Notes: generated by a model not told the origin, from the sequence alone. A DNA stretch of 45,211 bases from Candidatus Methanomethylicia archaeon (GCA_038845975.1 JAWBQF010000022.1:1-45211), one strand, 5' to 3'. Positions 29,598-39,339 are shown, counted from the first letter of the stretch. Program-made: numbers and translations.

Positions 29598-30451
29598 ATG
29601 AATAGCCAAACCTATAGGAAAATACCATCTATAGAAGCTATAGTAAGCCCAGTAAGGAGGATATATATTAATCTAGCAGGATGCAATTTTAATTGTAGAT
29701 CCTGTTTTGCAATAGCTAAGTATGATGTTGGCAGAGAGTTTACAGTTAGCAATCTTGTAGAATTTATACTTAAAATATGCAGTTATATATGGGGGATATA
29801 GCCAGCGAAGCTGTATTAACAGGCGGTGAGCCAACTCTTAACCCCTCCTATATGTTTAATCTGATCGAGAGGTTAAAGAATCTTAATATGAAGGTTGAGG
29901 TTTCAACTAATGGATACCTACTTGCTAATAAGGATTATATAGATAAGCTAAAGAAATGTTGTGTTGACCTAGTTAAAATAGATTTAAAGGCATTCAGTAA
30001 TGGCATACATCAATGGTATACGGGTAAGGATAATGAAAACGTATTGAAAGCTATTAAGCTATTACATGATCAAAATATAAATTTCCTTATACGTACAATC
30101 TTTATCCCTGAAGTAGTTGATTTTAATGAGATCGAGAGGATAGCATTATTCATAGCAGGTATTAGTAGGAATATTCCATATAGAATATACCAATTTGTAC
30201 CTAGCCCTGGAATTTCAAGAAGACCTACAAGAGATGAGATGATCAAGGCTTTAGAGATAGTTAAACAGTATTTAAATGATGTTAATGCACTAATTGATGT
30301 TGAATCCTTCCGTGCTGATTGGAGACATATTGAAATATGTTCTGACGATCTTTATGAAGTATATAGGGATATAGCTGAAAAATCGGAAAAAGCCATTAGA
30401 GGATGGAAGCAAAGATATAGAATAGTTAAAATGAGCGAGATATCCAAATGA
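29598..30451 (+). pseudogene. Radical SAM protein, activase-like, split by a 1-nt frameshift (possibly an assembly error)
   Basis: GCNFNCRSC in the first ORF and TGGEPT/STNG/IDLK in the second; one extra G in GGGGG at 29791-29795 fuses them. Confidence 0.8.
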
Positions 30452-30466
30452 ATTTGGGATGGCGTT

Positions 30467-31156
30467 ATGGTTAAAGCCTATATAGTCGGCGTCGGTCCCG
30501 GCTCATCTGAGTACTTAACGGAAAAGGCTAGAAAAGTAATTAGTGAAGCAGATATTATTGTTGGCTGGAGGCTTGATTTACTGCCTGCAGATAAACTAAT
30601 TAAAAATAAGGAAGTCTACATACAGGATGTTGATAACTATATTGAGGTTGTTAGTAGAGCTGCTGAAAGAGCTAAGCTAACAGGTAAAAGTATTGCCGTG
30701 TTGAGGATAGGTGATCCATGCATTTCATCAGGTCTAAACGGTCTTCTAAAAATATTTAAGGACTTTGATGTCGAAATTATTCCCGGAATAAGCTCCATAC
30801 AAGTTGCAGCATCTATAGCGAAAATAAACCTTGATGAATCCGTTATAGTTTCCCTTCATGATGGTGGGAATGCTATTAGAAAGATGGAGTTTATAGCTAA
30901 TATGCTTAATTATGGTAGACATGTAATACTACTTACAGGCCCTGAGCTTAAATTAGAGGAAGCTGCGGGAGCTCTAATCGCTAACGGTATAAGTAAGCAA
31001 ACACCAGTTATTGTCTGTGAAAATTTAACGCTTAGAGGAGAATATGAAGGACTTCATGAAAACGTGTTTGTAGGGGTATTAGAGGATCTCCTATTGAGGA
31101 GATTTTCATGGCTTTCAATAGTTGTTATTAAATGTAGGGATCATAATGAATATTAA
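30467..31156 (+). CDS. CbiE-like tetrapyrrole (class III) methyltransferase
   Basis: IVGVGPGS.EYLT..A, GDPC.SG, IPGISSIQ.A, SLH and CENLT motifs. Confidence 0.88.
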   Translation: MVKAYIVGVGPGSSEYLTEKARKVISEADIIVGWRLDLLPADKLIKNKEVYIQDVDNYIEVVSRAAERAKLTGKSIAVLRIGDPCISSGLNGLLKIFKDFDVEIIPGISSIQVAASIAKINLDESVIVSLHDGGNAIRKMEFIANMLNYGRHVILLTGPELKLEEAAGALIANGISKQTPVIVCENLTLRGEYEGLHENVFVGVLEDLLLRRFSWLSIVVIKCRDHNEY

Positions 31157-32172
31157 CCCCCCATCACTAGTTCTTTGGTTTGCTACGGAGAAATGCGATG
31201 TCGGATGTAAACACTGCTGCTATCCACCCCTAAGTGGAAGAGAGCCGGGAACTGATGAAGCTAAGCTTTTAATATCAAATGTAGCTAAGCTCGGAGCTAA
31301 ATACTTTGCTTTTATAGGTGGTGAACCACTACTTAGAGAAGATATTACTGATCTAGTTAAATACTGTATTAATTGTAGGTTGAAGCCCTATATAGTTACG
31401 AAGGGTGGAAGATTAGCCGGCGGGGAGGCTGAGAAGCTAGCTAAAGACCTCCATAGGTTAGGAGTTAAGATTACGGTTGCTGTTGATGGTGTAACCCATT
31501 CAGTTATAGATGCGATATGCGGAAAGCCTGAAATATACGATAGGATTATGAATACCATTAAGGTATGTTTAAAACACAATATTCTTCAAGGCTTCGTAAC
31601 TGCGGCATTAAAGCCAAACATCTCCGAGATACCGTTAACACTTGATTTAGCATCAAAGATCAATTTGGAGAGATGTGTAATATTTGGAATTAGGCCTACA
31701 GGTAGAGGTAGAAGTACATTTAATATGTTTGCCCCCTCACCTTTAGAATACGAGGAATTCATGAGGAAGATAGCTTTAGAAGCTAGGAGGGGAAGATGGA
31801 GGCAGGAAGTTTTCGTTTATGATCCGTTATTTATGAGAATACTTAAAGAGACTTCTTCACAACAGTACTCTAAAATATGTAGGATAGTTATATTTTGATA
31901 TAGATTCTATGGGTTATGTAATGCCATGTCTCTTCGCATCTTTAAGGTTTGGAAACATACTGGAAGATCCTATAGAGGAGACACGTTACAATATGATTGT
32001 TAAGACGAGAGATCTAAGAGATCCTGAAAAGCTAAAGGGAAAATGTAGATCCTGTAATTATAGGAGTATATGTGGAGGATGTAAGGTTAGATCATATGAG
32101 TTAGGTGGAGACTGGTTTGGGGAGGATCCATTATGCAGCTACAACCCGGAGGAATCTACATCGTCGGGATAG
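31146..32172 (+). pseudogene. Radical SAM/SPASM protein (NirJ/Ahb-like) split by a frameshift near 31886
   Basis: CDVGCKHC and GGEPLLR; SPASM Cys motifs (MPC, C..C.....CGGC..R, DPLC) lie in the second ORF. Confidence 0.8.
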
Positions 32173-32801
32173 GTCCCGGAGATCCTCAATATCTAACTCT
32201 AAGAGCAAGAGGAATTCTGGAAAGAGCTGATATTATAATTGGATTTAGACAGGTATTATCCATAGTAAGGAATATGACTGGTGGAGTAATGTTAGCTCTT
32301 GATAACGATGTAGTTAATACATTAAAATACGTAAGTATGGAAGCTAAGGCAGGAAAGCTATGTGTAATATGCTGCTGGGGTGATCCTAAATTCTCTAATG
32401 TAGAGTTTATTAAACTCATTAGAGAAGTATGTGAAGATGTTAAAGTTATATGTGGGATAAGCTCTATACAGATAGCTTGCTCTATACATGGATTACCGAT
32501 GGAGGAGGCAATATTTATAACATTTCATAAAAGCGGATCATTAGATAACGATAAGAATGAATTATTAACATTCCTAAGGAATAGTACGAGGAAGATAGTA
32601 TTGCTACCTAGACCGTGGGATTTCATGCCAAGGGAGATAGCGGAGTTCCTAATAAACAATAATTTGCCTCCTGAAATTAAATGTACTATATATGAAAACC
32701 TTACTCTAGAAAATGAGAGAATTAGGAGATTTAGGTTGCTTAATCTAGCACATTGTAGTGAGAGATTTAGCGATTTAACCATAATGATTATAGAACGTTA
32801 A
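32133..32801 (+). CDS. Second CbiE-like tetrapyrrole methyltransferase
   Basis: IVGIGPGDPQYLT, GDP.FS, GISSIQ.A, TFH and YENLTLENE motifs. Confidence 0.88.
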   Translation: MQLQPGGIYIVGIGPGDPQYLTLRARGILERADIIIGFRQVLSIVRNMTGGVMLALDNDVVNTLKYVSMEAKAGKLCVICCWGDPKFSNVEFIKLIREVCEDVKVICGISSIQIACSIHGLPMEEAIFITFHKSGSLDNDKNELLTFLRNSTRKIVLLPRPWDFMPREIAEFLINNNLPPEIKCTIYENLTLENERIRRFRLLNLAHCSERFSDLTIMIIER

Positions 32802-32813
32802 AATCATTTAGTT

Positions 32814-33830
32814 ATGTATTCTCCACATCATATAGCCTGGCAAACAACATATAAATGCAACTTGTCATGTATTCACTGCTATGCAGCTGGTGTAAGTAAA
32901 AATTTACTCTCAACAACTGAAGCTAAAAGAATCATTTTAGAGGCATTAGAGATAGGTGTAAAGGCATTTGTGTTTACAGGAGGCGAACCCCTACTTAGAG
33001 ATGACATTATGGATTTGATAATTTATGTCTCTGATTTAGGTTTAAAACCTATACTAGCAACTAACGGTACCCTACTAGATGAAAATAGAATTAGAATATT
33101 AAAGGAATTTAAGGCATCAGTAGCAATAAATCTTCCGGCAATCAATGAAGAGATACACGAAAAATTCACGGGCGTAAAATCATCATTAAGGCTTAAGCTT
33201 AACACAATCAATAAATGTAGGGAATATGGATTAGAATGCTCCATTGGAATTGCTATTACTAAGTTAAACATGGTGGATATTGATTCCATAATTCAACACA
33301 TGGAGAATATGGAGATCGATATACTCGCCACCATACCCTGCGGTAGAGCCTCACCAGATATTATTCCAAGCGGTTTTGAATACTATTCCCTCCTTAAACA
33401 TCTTCATGATAAATGGAAAGCATACCCAATGAATATGTATGGAAAAGCTAGAATATATGTTTATGAACCCATATACAATGCTTTACTTGCTATAAGTAGC
33501 TATATGGAGAGTTTAAGTAGGCTTTGCTCAATAGGTGAAACCCTACATGTAATGGAGGATGGTAGTATTAAAACTTGTATTTATCTACCATACGTTTTAG
33601 GTAACGTAAGAAAGACAAGTTTAGCTAATATATGGAGGAAGCTAGTCTATGATAAACTTATAGGTAGACTTAGAGATCCCAAAGAGCTTAAGGGATACTG
33701 TAATGTTTGTAAATTAAGGAATGTATGTGGAGGATGTAGAGCAAGAGCCTACCACATGGTAGGAGATTTATTTGCCTCAGATCCTATATGTAGCCTACCT
33801 ATTAGTACTAACGGTAATATCTCCATATAG
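32814..33830 (+). CDS. Radical SAM/SPASM protein (NirJ/Ahb-like)
   Basis: W.TT..CNLSCIHCY, TGGEPLLR, ATNGT and CNVC..CGGCRARAY..GD..SDPIC motifs. Confidence 0.9.
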   Translation: MYSPHHIAWQTTYKCNLSCIHCYAAGVSKNLLSTTEAKRIILEALEIGVKAFVFTGGEPLLRDDIMDLIIYVSDLGLKPILATNGTLLDENRIRILKEFKASVAINLPAINEEIHEKFTGVKSSLRLKLNTINKCREYGLECSIGIAITKLNMVDIDSIIQHMENMEIDILATIPCGRASPDIIPSGFEYYSLLKHLHDKWKAYPMNMYGKARIYVYEPIYNALLAISSYMESLSRLCSIGETLHVMEDGSIKTCIYLPYVLGNVRKTSLANIWRKLVYDKLIGRLRDPKELKGYCNVCKLRNVCGGCRARAYHMVGDLFASDPICSLPISTNGNISI

Positions 33831-34384
33831 CTAACTGTTTAAGTGGATCTAGAAGCTAGACTTAGTAAGAAATGTTTTCGGTTAAGCATAAATAGCTTAA
33901 TGATATTTCAGCATTTAGTATTGTTATTAAAGAATGCCTTAGCTCCCTAAGCAATGGTTTCCGATTCTACTATACTTCCATTCGAAGATATTCGATTATG
34001 ATCTATTCCTTTAAGAGTTTTAGAGTCGTGATACATCATTAATTAAGAACTTCACCCTCATCACAATACTTCACTGAGAATTCTATGTTATGATGTTCTT
34101 GTAGGCTCTCATAGCTATCATCATATTCCTTGATATCTAGTTCTATAGCGATCTTCTCATCAATATTGGTTTCAATTCATCTAGAGCTATAACTTCCAGA
34201 ATTCTAATAATTTACATTATTTCTCATTAAGCCCCTCATTAATAGATTTCCTAGAACTCATGGCCTCAGACAATATTCTAAATCCTATAAACATCTAGCA
34301 TGAAACAATAATAAAATTTTATAGGTTATAAGCTCTATTTGTATTTAATGGAAACGCTTAAATGTCCGCTTAAAATATTATGTT

Positions 34385-35395
34385 GTGAAGGCTGCAGTTC
34401 TTAGAAGGATAGATTTAATTGAGAATAAACCTATTATTATTGAGGATTTAGATATTCCTATCCCTAAACGTAAACAAGTAGTTATAAAGGTTTCTGTATG
34501 TGGTATTTGCCGTACCGAGCTTGATGAGGCTGAGGGAAGGCTGAAGCCTAAGCTTCCAGTTATTCCTGGACATCAAGTTATCGGTAGGATATATGAGTCT
34601 GGAGCCGAGGTATCCAAGTATAGAGGGGGTGAAAGAGTTGGTGTTGCATGGATATATCACTCATGTGGTAAATGTAGCTTCTGCTTAAGAGGACTTGAAA
34701 ATCTATGTTATGAATTTAAAGGTACTGGATGTGATGTTGATGGTGGATATGCTGAGTACATGGTTGCCTACGAGGATTTCACATATCCAATCCCTAACGT
34801 ATTTACAGATGTTGAAGCAGCTCCACTACTATGTGCTGGCGCTATAGGTTATAGAGCTCTAAAACTTACAGGTATGAGGAATGGAGAGATTATAGGGCTT
34901 TACGGCTACGGATCCTCAGCACATATTACTCACCAATTAATCAAGTATCTATATCCAGACAGTAAGGTCTACGTATTTACTAGAAGAAGAGGAGATGAAC
35001 CTAGCAGGCTAGCTGAGAGATATGGTGCAGAATGGGTTGGTGAAACAGGTGAAACACCACCTAGAAAGATTAACTATGCTATAGATACAACCCCTACAGG
35101 AATACCTGTAAAGGAGGCTTTAAGAAATCTAGAGAAAAACGGAAGACTAGTTATGAACCTAATAAGAAAGGAAACACTAATTCCAGAGCTTGACTACACG
35201 ATCCTATGGGGTGAAAAAGAAGTTAAAACCGTTGCAAACATTACAAGGAAAGATGTTGAAGAATTCCTGAAGTTAGCAGCTGAAATACCTATTAAACCTG
35301 AAGTAAGAGAATTCAAATTAGAGGAAGTAAATGATGCTCTATTCATGCTTAAACATGGAAAATATAGGGGAAGCGGAGTATTAAAGATAAGTTAA
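34385..35395 (+). CDS. Zinc-dependent alcohol dehydrogenase family protein
   Basis: CGICRTELD, PGHQ, CGKCSFC..ENLC and APLLCAG motifs. Confidence 0.92.
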   Translation: MKAAVLRRIDLIENKPIIIEDLDIPIPKRKQVVIKVSVCGICRTELDEAEGRLKPKLPVIPGHQVIGRIYESGAEVSKYRGGERVGVAWIYHSCGKCSFCLRGLENLCYEFKGTGCDVDGGYAEYMVAYEDFTYPIPNVFTDVEAAPLLCAGAIGYRALKLTGMRNGEIIGLYGYGSSAHITHQLIKYLYPDSKVYVFTRRRGDEPSRLAERYGAEWVGETGETPPRKINYAIDTTPTGIPVKEALRNLEKNGRLVMNLIRKETLIPELDYTILWGEKEVKTVANITRKDVEEFLKLAAEIPIKPEVREFKLEEVNDALFMLKHGKYRGSGVLKIS

Positions 35396-36108
35396 ATCCA
35401 GCTGGAATATTTACCAGTTAGCTAAGTACTAGATGCTTATGCCAAGTTTAAAATTCATAGTCTAAACACTAGGAAATATGCTTAAGCTTTGAAATTACTT
35501 TAATCATAGTTAAGCCGTTTACATGAAGTCCCCATTATTAAAGTTAAACATACTTCCAAAAACATGATAGGGAATAACATTGCCTCAAAGAATACATAGC
35601 AAAACCATTAACAAAGCCTATTGATTTACTTTCATGAATCTAATTTCAGTATTTTCCTAAAGCCATATCTAGCTCAACCCATACAGCTTTGATTAGAACA
35701 CATGACACTACACATACAATACATCAAGGTATGGCTTCACCTACCTTCTATAAATTATATTCTGAGTAAAAGGTTTAATTACATCAGTTTTGTTTAAACT
35801 ATTACCTATACTTACAGTAGATGTAGACTTCAATATTCTAGATTTAAAGGATTAAGAGCCTATGAAAGCAGTATAGTTAAGGAGGGAGTGTTGCTGGAGG
35901 AACTGTTATAGCTGTAATTATGAAGATAGGATTTCCATAGCAAAGAATGATATACTTAGAGAAGTTGAGGAAAACTATGAGCAACTAATAGGCTTAAAAT
36001 AGCTCTTCACATCAACTCTACATCATAGTATATGTGTAACATGTTAAATTGTCTAGATCATTCTCAACGTATTGCTGAAAGTAATTATTAGAGTTAGTGA
36101 TAGATTTA

Positions 36109-36236
36109 GCTTTGTGGCTTAATATTCATTTCTCGTAATCTATATCATTAAATACTATGGTTATAGGAATGCTTATTAAGCTTTTCGTAATTTATGTAAA
36201 CTTGAATTTGCAAATTTCAGAATTAAGCCACAAAGC
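36109..36236 (-). mobile_element. 128-bp MITE, copy 2
   Basis: Inverted near-identical copy of 13629-13756; flanking direct repeat atagattt(a). Confidence 0.92.
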
Positions 36237-36242
36237 AATAGA

Positions 36243-36267
36243 TTTATAAGTAAGGGTAATTTTGCCT
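36243..36267 (+). promoter_or_regulatory. TATA box plus candidate operator
   Basis: TTTATAAG at 36243, 29 nt before the ATG (leaderless geometry); GGTAATTTTGCCT at 36255. Confidence 0.55.
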
Positions 36268-36271
36268 AAAT

Positions 36272-37213
36272 ATGTATGTTTCCATAGAGAATTTTAAAGA
36301 TGATTTGCTTAAAATATTGTATGGTGTAGTTAGTGAAGATATTGGTGAAGGTATTCTTCTTTCAGGTGGATTAGACACTTCAATACTTGCTTATTTACTA
36401 CGTAGATATGTAAAGCCTGAAGCTGTAACTGTATGTTATGGCTATGATGCACCGGATTTATATTATGCCAAGATAGTAGCTGAGTTTTTAGGTTTAAAGC
36501 ATCATGTTAAAAGCTTTACTGTGGAGGATGCTTTAGGGGCTACTAGAAGTATTATTAGGATTCTTGGAACTTTTGATCCTATGGAGATTAGGAATGATAT
36601 ACCTCTATATATTGGGTTAAGATACGCTAAGAGTTTAGGTTTAAAATCCATTGTAACAGGTGATGGTGGAGATGAGCTTTTCGCAGGCTATCCATTCCTA
36701 TTTAAGCTTAAATGTGAGGAAGTTGAGGAATGGATTAGAAACGTATCTAGTAGATGGTTTTTCGCTGCTAAGCCTCTAGGTGAATCTATTGGTTTAAGGG
36801 TAATACAGCCCTTCACCAATACCAAGATTGTAGGTTTCGCATTGAAAATCCCTGTTGAGTTAAAGATTGGAGAGTTTAGAGGGGTTAAGTATGGTAAATG
36901 GATTCTACGTAAGGTTTTTGAGGAGTATTTACCTAGTGAAGTTGTTTGGAGACCTAAAAACCCATTAGAGATAGGTAGTGGAAGCGTAAAGCTTTCGGAA
37001 ATTTTTAGAGTTGATGACTACGAGTTTAGGGAGCTTTCTAAAATCGTTAAGCTTAGAGACGCTGAGCAAGCATTCTATTTTAAAATATATCTTGAAATCT
37101 TCAAGGAACCTCCTAAGCCTGGAAATGGTGAATATAAATGTCCAAGCTGTGGTGGAGGAGTTAAAGCTGGACAGAGATATTGTAGGGTTTGTGGATATTA
37201 TCCCTTGCGGTGA
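36272..37213 (+). CDS. Asparagine-synthase-like PP-loop protein (no glutaminase domain) with C-terminal Zn ribbon
   Basis: LLSGGLDTS, TGDGGDELFAGY, KWILR, WRPK and CPSCG..CRVCG motifs. Confidence 0.88.
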   Translation: MYVSIENFKDDLLKILYGVVSEDIGEGILLSGGLDTSILAYLLRRYVKPEAVTVCYGYDAPDLYYAKIVAEFLGLKHHVKSFTVEDALGATRSIIRILGTFDPMEIRNDIPLYIGLRYAKSLGLKSIVTGDGGDELFAGYPFLFKLKCEEVEEWIRNVSSRWFFAAKPLGESIGLRVIQPFTNTKIVGFALKIPVELKIGEFRGVKYGKWILRKVFEEYLPSEVVWRPKNPLEIGSGSVKLSEIFRVDDYEFRELSKIVKLRDAEQAFYFKIYLEIFKEPPKPGNGEYKCPSCGGGVKAGQRYCRVCGYYPLR

Positions 37214-37217
37214 ATTT

Positions 37218-38255
37218 ATGGTTAATACTTTAGCTATACTTCTCGATGGGGCTGCTGATGATAGAATACCTGAGTTAAACTATAGAACTCCTCTTGAAGC
37301 TATTAGGAAGCCATTTATTGATGGCTTAGCTTCAAGAGGCATATATGGTTGTACGGATTCCAAAGAGTATACTCATCTATTCCTACTTGAGCTTCTTACA
37401 GGTAATAGTATATCCATTCCTAGAGGCGTTGTTGAGGCTTTAAGTTTTAACATATCTTTAGATTCCGGATACGTTGCCTATAGGCTTAGTCCAGCTATTA
37501 TCGAGAATGGATTTATTAAATGGATTTACAATTTATCTAAGGAGAATGAGCTTAGGATATTTAGAGCTGTAAATGATAGTTTAAGATATTTGGAATCCCC
37601 GAAAATATATTTCTACAGTGGCTGTAAGGGAGTTCTTATAGTTAAATCATCGAAAATACTAGATTTCCCATCCCCTCCATCACCTTCAATGCTTAACATT
37701 GACCTAGATATGTTTAGAGACTTCATTACTAGCATAGCCTCCAAAGCTAATGGTTTAACACTAATACCCTGGGGTGGTGGGAAGCTGGAGCCTATTAACG
37801 TTAAGTCTAAGGTTAAACTGTTAACTATCATCTCTAAAAGTCCATCAGTACTTGGTATAGGCAATATTTTAGGTTTTAGTAGTATTAGAGTTAGTAACAG
37901 CGTTTCTGAGGGTTTAGATAAGTCATTGGAGTACCTTAAAACATCTAATGTGCTTCTACATGTTGAGGAGATCGATGATATAAGCCATACGAAATCCTTT
38001 AGTTTAAAAATGTCGATACTGGAGGATATCGATTTAAAGCTTAGAAGTAAAATTGAGGAGATGGAGGGGTTTAGAGTTGCCATTATTATAGATCATGGAA
38101 CCTCATCACTAACAGGTAAACATTTAGACGTTAATGTGCCGTTTACAGTATCCAAAGTTACTGGAACCCTGACTTTTAAAGTTAGATTCTGTGAGGGAAT
38201 TGGAGACTATACTCCACTTAAAAGCTTAGCTGAGGTGTTGTTCAATGGATATTGA
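37218..38255 (+). CDS. ApgM-like metalloenzyme (alkaline phosphatase superfamily), divergent
   Basis: LLDGAAD..TPLEA..P.ID.LA..G, LHVEEIDDISH and DHGT..GKH..VP; start at the ATG at 37218. Confidence 0.8.
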   Translation: MVNTLAILLDGAADDRIPELNYRTPLEAIRKPFIDGLASRGIYGCTDSKEYTHLFLLELLTGNSISIPRGVVEALSFNISLDSGYVAYRLSPAIIENGFIKWIYNLSKENELRIFRAVNDSLRYLESPKIYFYSGCKGVLIVKSSKILDFPSPPSPSMLNIDLDMFRDFITSIASKANGLTLIPWGGGKLEPINVKSKVKLLTIISKSPSVLGIGNILGFSSIRVSNSVSEGLDKSLEYLKTSNVLLHVEEIDDISHTKSFSLKMSILEDIDLKLRSKIEEMEGFRVAIIIDHGTSSLTGKHLDVNVPFTVSKVTGTLTFKVRFCEGIGDYTPLKSLAEVLFNGY

Positions 38256-39339
38256 TTTGGAGATTAAAGGTAATGACTTAGTTGTAACTCTTCCATGGGA
38301 GGCTAAAGCATTATCTACAACTGTTTATGGTGGAGGCTTTAAAAACAATCTTAAATATGTAGTTTTCCATCATGTTCCACACGACTTTAACGCTGATCCT
38401 ATAAATGAATGTAAACATGTTCTTGAAGATTTAGGTCTTAACATGAATCAATCATCAATATTCCTTACAGCTGTTTCCATACCTGAAAGCTATGTAGCTG
38501 TTAAGGATGGTGTTGATGATGTGTCCTGCTTCACTACAGTAACTGTTGGGTTAAGTAATCCTGTCAGTATTGCATGTAGTAGTCTAGATAAAGGAATCTC
38601 AACAATAAACATTCTTGTAGTTGTGGATTGTGATGTTTCAGATAACGGCTTAGTTGAACTTGTTAAGACAGTAACTGAATCCAAGGTTTCAGCAGTTCAC
38701 GACTTAGATTTGAGATGTGGATTATCCTACGCTATTGGAACCTCAACAGATGCTTTAATTGTAGCTTCTCTTAGAAAGCCTCCAACTAAAATCTATACTG
38801 GTCAAATTACATCTGTAGGAAGCCTAGTATCTAGGCTTGTTCATGAAGCTGTTATTAAGGGAGCTGAGAAGTGGGGTTTTAGCCGGAATAGATCTATAGT
38901 TAGAAGACTTGAGGAGAGGGGGATTAAGCTAAATGATATTATTGATTCTGCCTTAACCCTCTTCATACCGTGGAATGGCTTAAAGCCTAAGGAAGCCTAC
39001 GAATTGATTAAAAGTGAATTATTAAGATGTTTAGAGGATATTAATGTTGTAAGTATTATTGATGCTGCTTTAAGACTTGATGAGGATGCAAGAACAGGGC
39101 TTATACCGAATCTAAATCCTCAACAGTATTTCTCAGATCCTGTAAATCTGGTTTCAGATGAGATTCTAGCATTATCTCTAGCCCTCTATCTTAATGGATG
39201 GAATGCTGTTTTTGAGCTTTACAGATATGATACTAGGAAGCCTGGAATACTATCAAGGCTTCCACCATTCATAGATGATATTATAGCTTCACTAATAGCT
39301 GGCGTAACGTCGAGAATTTATAGTTCTAGAAGGCTATGA
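38245..39339 (+). CDS. cbiS: Adenosylcobinamide amidohydrolase / alpha-ribazole phosphatase fusion (CbiZ-CobZ)
   Basis: LTAV, TINI, TESK and GTSTD (CbiZ); LEERGI, DINV, DPVNLVSDE, YD..KPGIL..LPPFIDD (CobZ). Confidence 0.88.
   Translation: MDIDLEIKGNDLVVTLPWEAKALSTTVYGGGFKNNLKYVVFHHVPHDFNADPINECKHVLEDLGLNMNQSSIFLTAVSIPESYVAVKDGVDDVSCFTTVTVGLSNPVSIACSSLDKGISTINILVVVDCDVSDNGLVELVKTVTESKVSAVHDLDLRCGLSYAIGTSTDALIVASLRKPPTKIYTGQITSVGSLVSRLVHEAVIKGAEKWGFSRNRSIVRRLEERGIKLNDIIDSALTLFIPWNGLKPKEAYELIKSELLRCLEDINVVSIIDAALRLDEDARTGLIPNLNPQQYFSDPVNLVSDEILALSLALYLNGWNAVFELYRYDTRKPGILSRLPPFIDDIIASLIAGVTSRIYSSRRL

Noticed and set aside
29598-32172. Pyrrolysine (TAG, 29799) or selenocysteine (TGA, 31896) read-through to explain the split radical SAM genes
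   Set aside because: In both cases the downstream half is in a different frame, so these are frameshifts
33850-34330. Possible decayed gene on the minus strand (similarly 22790-23000 and 35500-35760)
   Set aside because: Coding-like composition but no recognisable family motif
37011-37217. N-terminal extensions of the ApgM-like ORF (likewise 39883-39924, 31122-31145 and 4680-4874)
   Set aside because: They overlap upstream genes or lack homology; family motifs begin at downstream ATGs
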